Below, one piece after another: positions 7,365-16,096 of a stretch of DNA of 32,000 bases. The first letter of the stretch is position 1. Every line of letters begins with the position of its first letter. Position numbers and translations under genes: made by a program. The notes under the pieces were generated by a model. The model did no database searches. It had not been told where the DNA came from and worked only from the letters and a program-made list of their open reading frames with translations. Source of the DNA: Nitrosarchaeum sp. (lineage in GTDB: Archaea > Thermoproteota > Nitrososphaeria > Nitrososphaerales > Nitrosopumilaceae); contig JAHFUM010000002.1 of NCBI GenBank assembly GCA_023265135.1, positions 20,300 through 52,299 on the forward strand, read 5' to 3'.

Positions 7365-7730
7365 TTGTCAGTTATTAACGACTCAAAATTCAAGAAATCA
7401 ATTTTATCTGCTCTTGCGGATGAGGATATGATTCAGATAATAAAACATGCAACAGATAATCCAATATCTGGTAACGATATAATAAAACTATGTAACATTC
7501 CCCATAGCACTGCATATAGAAAAATAAAATGGATGTTAGAAACTGAGTTGCTAACAATTAAAGAGATAAAATTTACAAATGATGGAAAAAAATATACCTT
7601 ATTTCAAAGCACAATACATTCAATCAATGTAAATATGGAAAAAGGTGGAAATATGATAGTTACAGCTACAAAAAATATTGGTGCAAAACAGTTTATTGCA
7701 AAGAGATTTCTCTCGATGGATATAGAATAA
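7365..7730 (+). CDS. ArsR/winged-HTH family transcriptional regulator
   Basis: SILSALADEDMIQIIKHATDNPISGNDIIKLCNIPHSTAYRKIKWMLETELL has a wHTH layout. TTG start as called; an alternative in-frame ATG lies at codon 22. Confidence 0.65.
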   Translation: MSVINDSKFKKSILSALADEDMIQIIKHATDNPISGNDIIKLCNIPHSTAYRKIKWMLETELLTIKEIKFTNDGKKYTLFQSTIHSINVNMEKGGNMIVTATKNIGAKQFIAKRFLSMDIE

Positions 7731-7731
7731 C

Positions 7732-8022
7732 ATGGAAGACACAAGTTTGAATATATTTAATGCAATTTTGATTTTATCAATAGGTGCAATACCTGCGTTT
7801 TTAGCTTTAAAGACAAGTGGAAATGTCAGAATTCTCTTAATCACCTTAACACTATTCACCATAATTCATGGCATCTATCACTTGTCCGATGCTATGGGCT
7901 TAGATGTCTTGGCAGACTCTGTTTTTCGACCTATTTCAGTTGGAATTTTGATAATATTTGGACTTATTGGATTTAAAATGGGAAGAAAAAATACTATGAA
8001 ACAAGGTACAATGAAACATTGA
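7732..8022 (+). CDS. Small integral membrane protein (about 3 TM segments, HGIYH motif)
   Basis: Hydrophobic segments ILILSIGAIPAFLAL, ILLITLTLFTIIHGIY and ISVGILIIFGLIGF. Starts 1 nt after the regulator's stop codon. Confidence 0.6.
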   Translation: MEDTSLNIFNAILILSIGAIPAFLALKTSGNVRILLITLTLFTIIHGIYHLSDAMGLDVLADSVFRPISVGILIIFGLIGFKMGRKNTMKQGTMKH

Positions 8023-8354
8023 CCTACAATGAATTATTTACACTATTGATTACAGATACAACATTACATTTGCTTGTAGTGGCACTAGGAATTTTTAGTA
8101 TATTAGCCATAAAATCCCATAATGTTCGGAGCTTTCAATTTCAATTATCAATTTTTATTATAATTTGGATAGTAGGTGAAATTTTACATGTTTTTGGCGA
8201 ATCAAACTTCTCACCATACCAAAACCTGGATCAATTATCTCCAATTATTCATACTATTTCCATGATTTCAATCAGTCTTGTCTTTTTGCTGCGATATATC
8301 TATGTCAAAAAGGATGAAAAAAAGTTCATAGCAAACATTGAGAACCAAGATTAA
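8019..8354 (+). CDS. Small integral membrane protein (about 3 TM segments)
   Basis: The TTG start overlaps the upstream stop (TTGA) and there is no in-frame ATG. Hydrophobic segments LHLLVVALGIFSILAI, LSIFIIIWIVGEILHVF and ISMISISLVFLL. Confidence 0.55.
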   Translation: MTYNELFTLLITDTTLHLLVVALGIFSILAIKSHNVRSFQFQLSIFIIIWIVGEILHVFGESNFSPYQNLDQLSPIIHTISMISISLVFLLRYIYVKKDEKKFIANIENQD

Positions 8355-8528
8355 TCAAGACTCATGAAAAATTTCCATAATGCAAAGATTATCCGATATC
8401 ATGAATAAGCTAATCAAATATTACATTTCTTATCAAATCAATTATGATAATTTGTTTTTAATTTTTTAACCTTTATCATATTTTTTCATTAAAATTATTT
8501 TGTATATGTAGATACACTGTATTTTCAT

Positions 8529-8550
8529 ACTGAGTCCATTTTGTGGGATT
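8529..8550 (+). promoter_or_regulatory. Copy 2 of the shared 22-bp motif, 45 nt upstream of the cupredoxin gene
   Basis: ACTGAGTCCATTTTGTGGGATT. Same ACTGAGTCC ... TGT.GGATT core as 7217-7238. Confidence 0.35.
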
Positions 8551-8595
8551 CGTCGTTTTACTTAATACCTTCATCTTGCTACAGATAAACAACTA

Positions 8596-9144
8596 ATGAA
8601 TCGCACTTCAAAAATAGCAATCATTTCAAGTATTGTAGCTGTTGTAATTATTTCGGCAGCATTAACTGTGCATTTCAGACTATCAGAAACGGAAAAATCT
8701 GAAATTACATCAGGATCTGAACAAAATGAAAAAGAAAGTGCAAGTCAAGTAGCAAATGAGATTGTAAATAGTCTTCAAAACAAGCCAGAGTCAAAAGAAA
8801 ATGAGAATACAGAACCAGGTGAAAGTATGGCAAATACAAATAGTCAAACTGAGATTTCTGTAAAAGAAATTGATGAAGTGTACCGATGGTCAAATTCCAC
8901 TGAAACCAATCCTGCTATAACACTTACAGCAAATATAGACAATGTCATTCAGTTTACAAATCCAACTGATGCAAAACATGCATTCATAATTGAAACTGGT
9001 GAAAAAGAATCTCTGGCAGATTTTGATATTGGCTCTAATTCTACCGGAAAACTAACATTAAAACCCACTAAAACAGGTATTTTTGAATATCATTGTGAAT
9101 ATCACCCAGATACAATGAAAGGAATTCTCAACATAATACCATAA
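8596..9144 (+). CDS. Membrane-anchored plastocyanin/cupredoxin-like blue copper protein
   Basis: N-terminal TM anchor IAIISSIVAVVIISAAL, a low-complexity acidic linker, then a type-1 Cu ligand pattern: AKHAF ... YHCEYHPDTMKG (H ... C-x2-H-x3-M). Confidence 0.8.
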   Translation: MNRTSKIAIISSIVAVVIISAALTVHFRLSETEKSEITSGSEQNEKESASQVANEIVNSLQNKPESKENENTEPGESMANTNSQTEISVKEIDEVYRWSNSTETNPAITLTANIDNVIQFTNPTDAKHAFIIETGEKESLADFDIGSNSTGKLTLKPTKTGIFEYHCEYHPDTMKGILNIIP

Positions 9145-9222
9145 AATAATTTTTTATACCACATGTTTTAGTTTAAGAATTTAATTTTTTACCAAGTTAG
9201 CTTGGGCAAAAAAATTTAGCTC

Positions 9223-10704
9223 GTGGAATCACAAAAGCATATAAGGCAAATCCAAAGTTTTGTTCCAAACATGCGACAAAAAAAGCAAAATTCTCAACCA
9301 AATCAAAAATTTCACGATGAGAAAATCAAAGTTGCAATCTATTCAATAGTTGCATCTGCCGCACTTACAATTCTAAAGTTATCTGTTGGATTTTCCATCA
9401 ATAGTCTTGGAGTCTTGTCTGAAGCATTCCATTCTGGATTGGATATTGTTGCAGCAGTCATGACATTTTATGCAATACGTATTGCAATGCGACCGCATGA
9501 TTTGAGGTACACATATGGTTATGCAAAACATGAAAGTCTTGCAAGTTTAGCTGAAATAATTTTGTTGTTTATTGTTGCAGGATGGGTGTTTTATGAAGGA
9601 ATACACAGAATATTTTACGAGTCGATCCAACCAGATGTGACAATTTTTTCAATAGGGATAATGGTTGTCTCAATTGTAGTGGACTTTGGAAGATCAAAGG
9701 CCCTATACCGCGTTGCAAAAAAATCTCAAAGTCAGGCATTAGAAGCAGACGCACTTCATTTCAAAGCAGACATGATTACTTCTGCTATAGTTATTGTGGG
9801 GCTCTTGGCTGTATTTCTATTACACATTCCTAATGCAGATGCATATGCTGCACTCATCGTTGCCGGCATGATTATCTATACATCACTTGGACTTGGTAGA
9901 AGAACATTGGATGTTCTTTTGGACAAGGCACCAAAAGGAGTTTACACAAAGATAATTGATTCAATTTCTGATCTTGAGGGGGTTGTACGAACACACGATA
10001 TTCGTGTAAGACAGGTAGGACCGCAAACCTTTGTAGATTTACATATTGAAGTTCCACGAACTTATACTCACTCCAGAGCTCATGATGTTGCTACATCTGT
10101 TGAAGAAAAAATAAGAAAAACTATTCCATCTTGTGATGTGTTAGTGCATGTAGATGCAATAAAGGGAAAAAATGAAACAATAATGGACAGAGTTAGACTT
10201 GTTGCAGGTGAAACTGAAGGCATAAGAAATGTCCATTCTACATATCTGTCTACAGTTGAAAAAAATGAATTAAAAAACAAAGACCTCCATCTCTACCTGG
10301 ATGTCCAGATGGACAATAATTTGGAGTTTAAAAAAGCTCATGATATTATAGATAAATTTGAAAACCAAGTCAAAAACAAAATACCTGAAATTAAAAACAT
10401 TACAACACACATTGAAACAGAAGTTGACGAAAATATCCCTGTTGGAACAGAAAAACCACCTGACAAATCTATTTTAGAAACGATACGAAATTTAGCTCTG
10501 TCGGTAGAGACAGTCAAAGAATGCAAAGATATTGGAATGATCTCTGTAAATGATGAACTACACATTACACTTACGATAAAAATTTTATCATCTGAAAAAA
10601 ATTTAACAGTAGAGGATGCACATAAAATTGCTACAGCTGTTCAAAACTTGATCATAAAAGACCTTGGAGCATCAAGAGTAATAGTACATACAGAGCCAAC
10701 ATGA
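9223..10704 (+). CDS. Cation diffusion facilitator (CDF) family metal efflux transporter with three tandem cytoplasmic-domain-like repeats
   Basis: Six-TM core with HSGLD (TM2) and HFKAD (TM5) metal-site motifs and YGYAKHESLASL. GTG start as called; an alternative ATG lies at 9271. The C-terminal tail is roughly twice the usual length. Confidence 0.9.
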   Translation: MESQKHIRQIQSFVPNMRQKKQNSQPNQKFHDEKIKVAIYSIVASAALTILKLSVGFSINSLGVLSEAFHSGLDIVAAVMTFYAIRIAMRPHDLRYTYGYAKHESLASLAEIILLFIVAGWVFYEGIHRIFYESIQPDVTIFSIGIMVVSIVVDFGRSKALYRVAKKSQSQALEADALHFKADMITSAIVIVGLLAVFLLHIPNADAYAALIVAGMIIYTSLGLGRRTLDVLLDKAPKGVYTKIIDSISDLEGVVRTHDIRVRQVGPQTFVDLHIEVPRTYTHSRAHDVATSVEEKIRKTIPSCDVLVHVDAIKGKNETIMDRVRLVAGETEGIRNVHSTYLSTVEKNELKNKDLHLYLDVQMDNNLEFKKAHDIIDKFENQVKNKIPEIKNITTHIETEVDENIPVGTEKPPDKSILETIRNLALSVETVKECKDIGMISVNDELHITLTIKILSSEKNLTVEDAHKIATAVQNLIIKDLGASRVIVHTEPT

Positions 10705-11060
10705 TACAAAAAAATTCGCAAGTTAACTAAATAATTTTAGCAAAAATCATAAAATTTAGATGTATTTTGATTCAAATCTATGTTAATTAATTTAACATCT
10801 TTTTCTGTAATCTTTTTGAATCTCTACTGGTAAATTATTTTATGTCGTCTATTTTCTAAAATTATTTTTTTAATTTATACACAATGCATATACAAGATTT
10901 ATCATTTTTGTATATGTGTTAATTTCATATCTGATTCCATTTAACACTTTTAATTTTAGAACAGGTAATGTGCAATTAAACCATGTTCAATAAATTTCAT
11001 TTTAGGAAATAACTTTCCAGTGATTAAGAGATAAAAAAAATTTGATTATTTAGAATAACA

Positions 11061-11303
11061 CTATTTGCCAGCTTGTTCTCTGACTTTTTTGGCAAGGTCT
11101 CCAAAAGGATCCTCATGCCATTTTTCTTTGTTTAATTGGGCACCTAAACCCGATGGTGATACAATTGGTCCTTGTACTGTCGCAGGTGCTGGAACCGCGT
11201 CCTTTGGGATATAGCTTTGCTGGTTTTGTGTTCCATAAGCTATTGCTCCTGCCATTGCTGCAACTCCAATTGCAATTCCTACGTATATCATATAATTTGC
11301 CAT
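11061..11303 (-). CDS. Small membrane-anchored hypothetical protein (80 aa)
   Basis: N-terminal TM segment MIYVGIAIGVAAMAGAIAYG and locally higher GC than the ORF-free flanks. The overlapping 11113..11310 ORF in another frame is less protein-like. Confidence 0.5.
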   Translation of the reverse strand: MANYMIYVGIAIGVAAMAGAIAYGTQNQQSYIPKDAVPAPATVQGPIVSPSGLGAQLNKEKWHEDPFGDLAKKVREQAGK

Positions 11304-11677
11304 TAGTCATTATTTGAAAAATATGTATTAATCAAGTAGGATTGCATTGCACTCATTTTTAAGAAATTACATGTTTTGATTGATTTTTTTAATATTATTA
11401 TATTGAAATATTTTGAAATCTAGCATAAGATATTTCAGAGATGGATAAAATGCTCTCTAGATAATACATGATTCATCTAACTATTCATTAGAAAGTATCC
11501 AAAATATAATTTGGTTAAACTATAATCAGTATAATTAACATCTGTTATTCAATTAATTCTTTTACTGATCGGATTTATCTTTAATTTACTTATAATTTTC
11601 GAGAATATGTTTTACAAAAGAATAAACATATCTATTATTTTAGATCTAGTTAAATTCAAGTTATTTTATTTAATATT

Positions 11678-12112
11678 GTGAGCAGTTCTGAATTATCAGT
11701 TCATAATACTGAGAATCATATTTCAATTTGTGATATAATGAAAGGAAACACATCAGCAATAATAAGAAAATTTGAATCTCAGATTCCAGCTGTAATACAA
11801 AATTATTCAAATTTGTACACCGCCTATCTTCACATGTATGATGATTTTTATGGTACTTGTTATATCCATGAAAAAGAGTTTTTTGACAAACTAAACATAG
11901 ATCAAACATTACTAAAACAACTCAAGGACAATTCTGAATTAATGAAGAATAGATATGTTGAAAATATAGAAACCACCGCAAAATTCTTTGATGAACAAGT
12001 TAAGATGCGAATATCTATATTGGAATCATTTGAAAACTTTACCCATATCATGATGGACTCTTATGCCAAAACTCTCTCACAATTTAATAAATTAATGAAC
12101 ATCTCAAAATAA
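11678..12112 (+). CDS. Hypothetical protein (144 aa), predicted helical
   Basis: ORF only (GTG start; alternative ATG at codon 21). No recognised motif. A TTCTAA-atg-TTAGAA hairpin lies just after the stop. Confidence 0.5.
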   Translation: MSSSELSVHNTENHISICDIMKGNTSAIIRKFESQIPAVIQNYSNLYTAYLHMYDDFYGTCYIHEKEFFDKLNIDQTLLKQLKDNSELMKNRYVENIETTAKFFDEQVKMRISILESFENFTHIMMDSYAKTLSQFNKLMNISK

Positions 12113-12306
12113 TTTTGTTCTAAATGTTAGAATCAGAGTTCTAAATCTGGTATTCTTACTCTGTTTTGTCTCTTTTTGCAATAATTTGAGATCTGGCTAC
12201 TAGAGTAATCAAATGATGATTCTAGTGAAAAACTCAAGCCACCAATCGATTTTCTACATATTATTAAAAAATTAAACTTAATAGACCGATTTTAGGTGTA
12301 AAATCT

Positions 12307-12468
12307 ATGGGACGTAGAAAAACACAGAAAATTATACGAACTGGTCCAAAAAACGCGACGACTGGAATGTGTCCCATATGCAAGACAATTGGCAAAGTCT
12401 TCCTTCTTGGTCCACCTGGTCAAGAAAGAGGCAAATGTGAGAAATGCCGTCAAGAATTTGAATTATAG
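12307..12468 (+). CDS. Elf1-like zinc-ribbon protein (53 aa)
   Basis: MGRRKTQKIIRTGPKNATTGMCPICKTIGKVFLLGPPGQERGKCEKCRQEFEL. A basic N-terminus followed by CPxC-x18-CxxC matches the layout of transcription elongation factor Elf1 homologues reported in TACK archaea. Below the ORF-track cut-off. Confidence 0.4.
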   Translation: MGRRKTQKIIRTGPKNATTGMCPICKTIGKVFLLGPPGQERGKCEKCRQEFEL

Positions 12469-12542
12469 TTCCAAAAAACTAACTAGCTGATCAAAATAAT
12501 TACCCATAACTTTTTAAGACAATTTTTTGAAGATTAATAATC

Positions 12543-12713
12543 ATGAGTTCAGAAGCTGAAACAATCTACGAAAGAGTAGCAAAACTCGAAGATGAGATTG
12601 CGTTAGTTAGAAGTGAAGTTGATATTCTTAAAAGAGCACTAAGAAACAGAATCGCACGACACGAGATATCAATGATCAAGAAAGGACAAGATATCGAATC
12701 TATTATTGATTAA
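12543..12713 (+). CDS. Small coiled-coil protein (56 aa)
   Basis: MSSEAETIYERVAKLEDEIALVRSEVDILKRALRNRIARHEISMIKKGQDIESIID has a heptad-like pattern. The 3' end overlaps the convergent gene by 11 nt. Confidence 0.35.
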   Translation: MSSEAETIYERVAKLEDEIALVRSEVDILKRALRNRIARHEISMIKKGQDIESIID

Positions 12714-13527
12714 TTTTTGTCTTTATACTTCTTATTAATTCTAAAATAAAATCTACGTCTTCTGCATTTGGATTGATTTCTAAATATTTATTCAAATATT
12801 CCAATGCTACATCTATATTTAATAATCTTTCTTCTAGTATTCCCTTATCTCGTATATCTTCTGGCGAATTTGGTTCTGTAGATAACACCATATTTGTACA
12901 TCTCAATGCTTTGTCGTAAACAAAAGATTGAACATAGGAATTTTTTAAATTTCTAGATAATCTGACAAGAATTTGTTCATGTCCTATATCATCAAGAAAC
13001 TCTGGTTTGAATTCTACTTCCCCTTCAAAATTCTCATCCAAAATTTCTTGAAGATCATCAACATCTAACAATCTTCCATCATTGAATGGATCTAAAATCA
13101 TCTCTTCGTTATATTTTACCAATATGTGACTTGGGAAACCAATTATTTTTAGATCCAATCCTATGAATTTTGCAATTTCAACATATAGTATTGAAATTGT
13201 TATTGGCAGTCCTGATTTTTTATCAATTACTTCATTTAAGAAATTATTTTTTGGATCATAGTAATCATCATTATCTCCACTGAAACCTAAATTATCAAAA
13301 AGATGCTCATTTAAAATTGAAATCAAATATGTAGGATTTTTCACATCGCTGATTGACTCTTTTAATGATTTTCCAATAGCGGTAATTTTCTGAATATATT
13401 TTTCAACATCTAGATCGGGATATTCTAAGATCTGAGCAAATTTAAGACACTTTTCAACTAGATTGAAGTTTGGGTTTTTCACAAATGAAAGCCATTCTGC
13501 AACTAGTGGGTCAAATTTTTCTGGCAA
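12703..13527 (-). CDS. Transglutaminase-like / TPR protein of the SirB1 (YchA) type
   Basis: KSGLPITISILYVEIAKFIGLDLKIIGFPSHILVKY plus a C-terminal helical-repeat region; the layout is typical of SirB1-family proteins. Confidence 0.65.
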   Translation of the reverse strand: MPEKFDPLVAEWLSFVKNPNFNLVEKCLKFAQILEYPDLDVEKYIQKITAIGKSLKESISDVKNPTYLISILNEHLFDNLGFSGDNDDYYDPKNNFLNEVIDKKSGLPITISILYVEIAKFIGLDLKIIGFPSHILVKYNEEMILDPFNDGRLLDVDDLQEILDENFEGEVEFKPEFLDDIGHEQILVRLSRNLKNSYVQSFVYDKALRCTNMVLSTEPNSPEDIRDKGILEERLLNIDVALEYLNKYLEINPNAEDVDFILELIRSIKTKINQ

Positions 13528-13530
13528 TTG

Positions 13531-14775
13531 TTATTGTTTAATCCTATTCAAGTATAATTGTGGCTCTTTTATCTCCCTTGTATTTGGCGGATTTTCGATT
13601 AGCTGTTTGAATGTGTTTTTCCCCAATTTTTCATAGATTTTTTTTGTAAAGTCTCTTCCCATACTCTTTCGAACCTGATATGTTGAGAAATCTGTGCCCA
13701 TAAACGTAGCAAGATAATTTTGAAAATCCCTGTCCTCTTTTAGGATGTTTTCTATGGCAAATCCTGCCATCCCCTCCATTATAGTAAAAGCTGCATGATG
13801 TTGTTGAATTGGATTTAACCATTTTTTGTAAATATCTAGCAATTGTGGAACCGCTTCTGAAATTTTAGGATCTATTTCTACATGTGTAAAAGTCATTACA
13901 TCTGGGCCAATCTGCTCAATTAAAAAATGATCCGGATTCAAGAAGAAAAACAGATTCGCTTTTTTTGCAAACGGAAAATCATCTGGAACAGCTTGAAGTT
14001 GCAAATATTCTGAAAGACTATTTACTGTTTGATTATCTAATTTTAGAATGATTGATGCAAGTTCTTCGTTAATCAAATTGACTTGCGTTGCGGCATTTTT
14101 GTTTAACTGTTGTAATCTTTCTTGTGCTGAATGAATCAGTTCTTCCAAAACCGTCATCTTCACAGCTCCCAAGTAACCGGAATTCACATTTACAAATCTT
14201 GACTCGTATGATTCTCCTTGTTTGTGTAAAATGATTTGAGGGTATCTTGAAAGTACAAACTTATTTAGGTAAATCACTGAATCCAAATAGTCTCCATAAG
14301 TAGTTGAAATTTTTGATATGTATTGGATGGCATATGTTGAATATACAAGATATTTTGCAGTATCTCTTTGCATTAATTCTGCAATCTTGTTTTGATCTTC
14401 GTTTGCAACTGCGTCAAATAACTCTCTTACATACTCTTTTGATTTTTCATCTGAGAATACTTTTTCACCTTTTAATTTTTTTAATTCTATGAGATCTGGA
14501 AATCTCATCTTCAAATCATCTGAAATTTTAACTCCTAAAAATTCTTCAACTTTCTTCTTTAGTATTGGGAATACTTCTTGTGTAATCTTCTCTAATTCTT
14601 CAAATTTCACTTTGAATGAAAGATCCTCCTTTGCCTTCTCAGCTAATTTTGAAATTTCTTTCTCTTCGTTGATTTCTACGGACAGCTGTCCAAATAACGC
14701 TTCTGCAAATTCTTCAAATTCTCCCAATTCGCATAAAATCGTCAAAATACTACATTTAACATTATTCCTCTCCAA
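13531..14775 (-). CDS. Hypothetical protein (414 aa), co-transcribed with the SirB1-like gene
   Basis: Long ORF ending 3 nt before the downstream gene start. No confident motif; LEELIHSAQ and QQHHAAF are noted but there is no HExxH. Confidence 0.65.
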   Translation of the reverse strand: MERNNVKCSILTILCELGEFEEFAEALFGQLSVEINEEKEISKLAEKAKEDLSFKVKFEELEKITQEVFPILKKKVEEFLGVKISDDLKMRFPDLIELKKLKGEKVFSDEKSKEYVRELFDAVANEDQNKIAELMQRDTAKYLVYSTYAIQYISKISTTYGDYLDSVIYLNKFVLSRYPQIILHKQGESYESRFVNVNSGYLGAVKMTVLEELIHSAQERLQQLNKNAATQVNLINEELASIILKLDNQTVNSLSEYLQLQAVPDDFPFAKKANLFFFLNPDHFLIEQIGPDVMTFTHVEIDPKISEAVPQLLDIYKKWLNPIQQHHAAFTIMEGMAGFAIENILKEDRDFQNYLATFMGTDFSTYQVRKSMGRDFTKKIYEKLGKNTFKQLIENPPNTREIKEPQLYLNRIKQ

Positions 14776-14824
14776 GATTTAAAAGAAATTATTAGTTCCA
14801 AATTGATTAATCTAATATACAAAA

Positions 14825-15697
14825 ATGCATGAATTTAGTCTAAATTTTATAAGGTGTATACGATGTGGCTCTAAATTAGAATTAGATGTCTTTAAAAAAG
14901 AGTCCGAGATTGAAGAAGGAATTTTGGAATGCAAGAGTTGCACTCTATGTTTTCCAATAATCAAAAAAATTCCAATTCTTTGGGATGATTTTTCAAAGTA
15001 CATCTCTGAGCGAATGATGCTAGGTGGAAAATTATACCACTCTGTATCGCATGATAAAATGAAAAAATTTCTTAAACATTCTCTTTCTAATTCTAAACGG
15101 GGTGTTGATGATAGAACAGCACTTGAAGAAAGATGGACAAAAATATATCAAAACAGCCAAAAATCAAAATTTTACTCTACAATTAAAAACGAATTAAACA
15201 CTTTGTCAAAATCAAAACTTGTTTTAGAATATGGTTGTTCTATTGGAATCATTACCAATTTTCTTGCAGACTCTAATCAAAATGTATTTGGAATTGATAG
15301 ATCATTTAGTGCAATCAGTCTTGCAAAAAAAACACAAAAAGACAATCTGGATTATTTTGTATCTGATTTACTGTTTGATGTTTTTGGAAAGACAAAATTT
15401 GATTTGATTCTAGCCCTGAATGTTTTAGAATTAGTAGAGCCGAAAGATTTGCTGAAGCATATTTCTCAACAAATTTCTAAAGGCACCATTTTACTATCTG
15501 ATCCTTATGATTTTGAAAGAGGCAAAAATTCGGTTAAAAAACCACTTGACGAATCAGTATTGAGAATAAGTTTGGAAGAATTTGGGTTTACCATTGCTGT
15601 AAAGACAAAAACACCTTCATTTCTGACCTGGAATCTGAAACTAAATCCACGCTCAACTTTAAACTATAAAGTAGATTTGATAATTGCAAAAAAATGA
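14825..15697 (+). CDS. Trm112-like zinc ribbon fused to a class I SAM-dependent methyltransferase
   Basis: The N-terminus CIRCGSKLE...LECKSCTLCFPIIKKIPIL has the Trm112/DUF343 pattern. Motif I is VLEYGCSIGIITNFL, with a post-I acidic residue in VFGIDRS. Confidence 0.75.
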   Translation: MHEFSLNFIRCIRCGSKLELDVFKKESEIEEGILECKSCTLCFPIIKKIPILWDDFSKYISERMMLGGKLYHSVSHDKMKKFLKHSLSNSKRGVDDRTALEERWTKIYQNSQKSKFYSTIKNELNTLSKSKLVLEYGCSIGIITNFLADSNQNVFGIDRSFSAISLAKKTQKDNLDYFVSDLLFDVFGKTKFDLILALNVLELVEPKDLLKHISQQISKGTILLSDPYDFERGKNSVKKPLDESVLRISLEEFGFTIAVKTKTPSFLTWNLKLNPRSTLNYKVDLIIAKK

Positions 15698-15879
15698 GTA
15701 AAGCAGTTATTCTTTGATATAACATGTGAATCTCTATAAGCAGAGTAGACGTAATTCAAGTACGTAGTGGTGTGAGTTCGCATATCCATTAGGAAGGACT
15801 GAATTAACTACTCAGCTACGTTTGAAAATTTATGACATAAGAATTCTTGGCTTATATCCAAGTAACAACCTAATTGTGT

Positions 15880-15990
15880 ATGTTAAAAAAACTATTTGCA
15901 AAATTGCAACGAAATCAAAAAAAGACATCTGATGATGTAAACGCCTTCAATGAATCTGAAAAAAAGAAACTAGAGAAGGTAGAAAAATAA
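15880..15990 (+). CDS. Possible 36-aa Lys-rich micro-ORF
   Basis: MLKKLFAKLQRNQKKTSDDVNAFNESEKKKLEKVEK. It ends 1 nt before the next ATG. Support is only its tight packing with the following ORFs. Confidence 0.2.
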   Translation: MLKKLFAKLQRNQKKTSDDVNAFNESEKKKLEKVEK

Positions 15991-15991
15991 A

Positions 15992-16096
15992 ATGAAGTAT
16001 AATTGTAAGGATTGTACCTATCATTGGGAAGGATGGATGGATACATTTGAAAGAGTACTTGTTCACGAAAAGACCCACTTGAAAAAGATTGAATGA
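15992..16096 (+). CDS. 34-aa C2H2-like zinc-finger micro-protein
   Basis: MKYNCKDCTYHWEGWMDTFERVLVHEKTHLKKIE has C-x2-C-x16-H-x3-H. Its stop overlaps the next start (ATGA). Confidence 0.3.
   Translation: MKYNCKDCTYHWEGWMDTFERVLVHEKTHLKKIE

Noticed and set aside
11113-11310. 65-aa ORF overlapping the 80-aa ORF on the same strand in another frame
   Set aside because: The 80-aa frame gives a clean TM helix plus a soluble tail. The alternative frame is Cys/Arg/Asn-rich with no structure, and both cannot be real.
10705-11677. Two ~360-bp ORF-free AT-rich spacers flanking the 80-aa gene, with short hairpins (CATATACAA/TTGTATATG at 10887-10916; TGAATAT.. style repeats near 11410-11445), considered as a replication origin or ncRNA
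   Set aside because: There are no repeated ORB-like boxes and no adjacent cdc6/orc1. The inverted repeats are only 8-9 bp in very AT-rich DNA, where such matches are expected by chance.
13531-14775. Metalloprotease assignment for the 414-aa protein based on LEELIHS / QQHHAAF
   Set aside because: There is no true HExxH or other complete zinc-protease motif, so the similarity is too weak to call.
15926-15960. C/D-box sRNA (TGATGA at ~15930 and CTGA at ~15955); also ATGATGA near 12224
   Set aside because: The boxes are only about 20 nt apart, with no C'/D' pair and no terminal stem. The second site lacks any CTGA partner, so chance occurrence in AT-rich DNA is likely.
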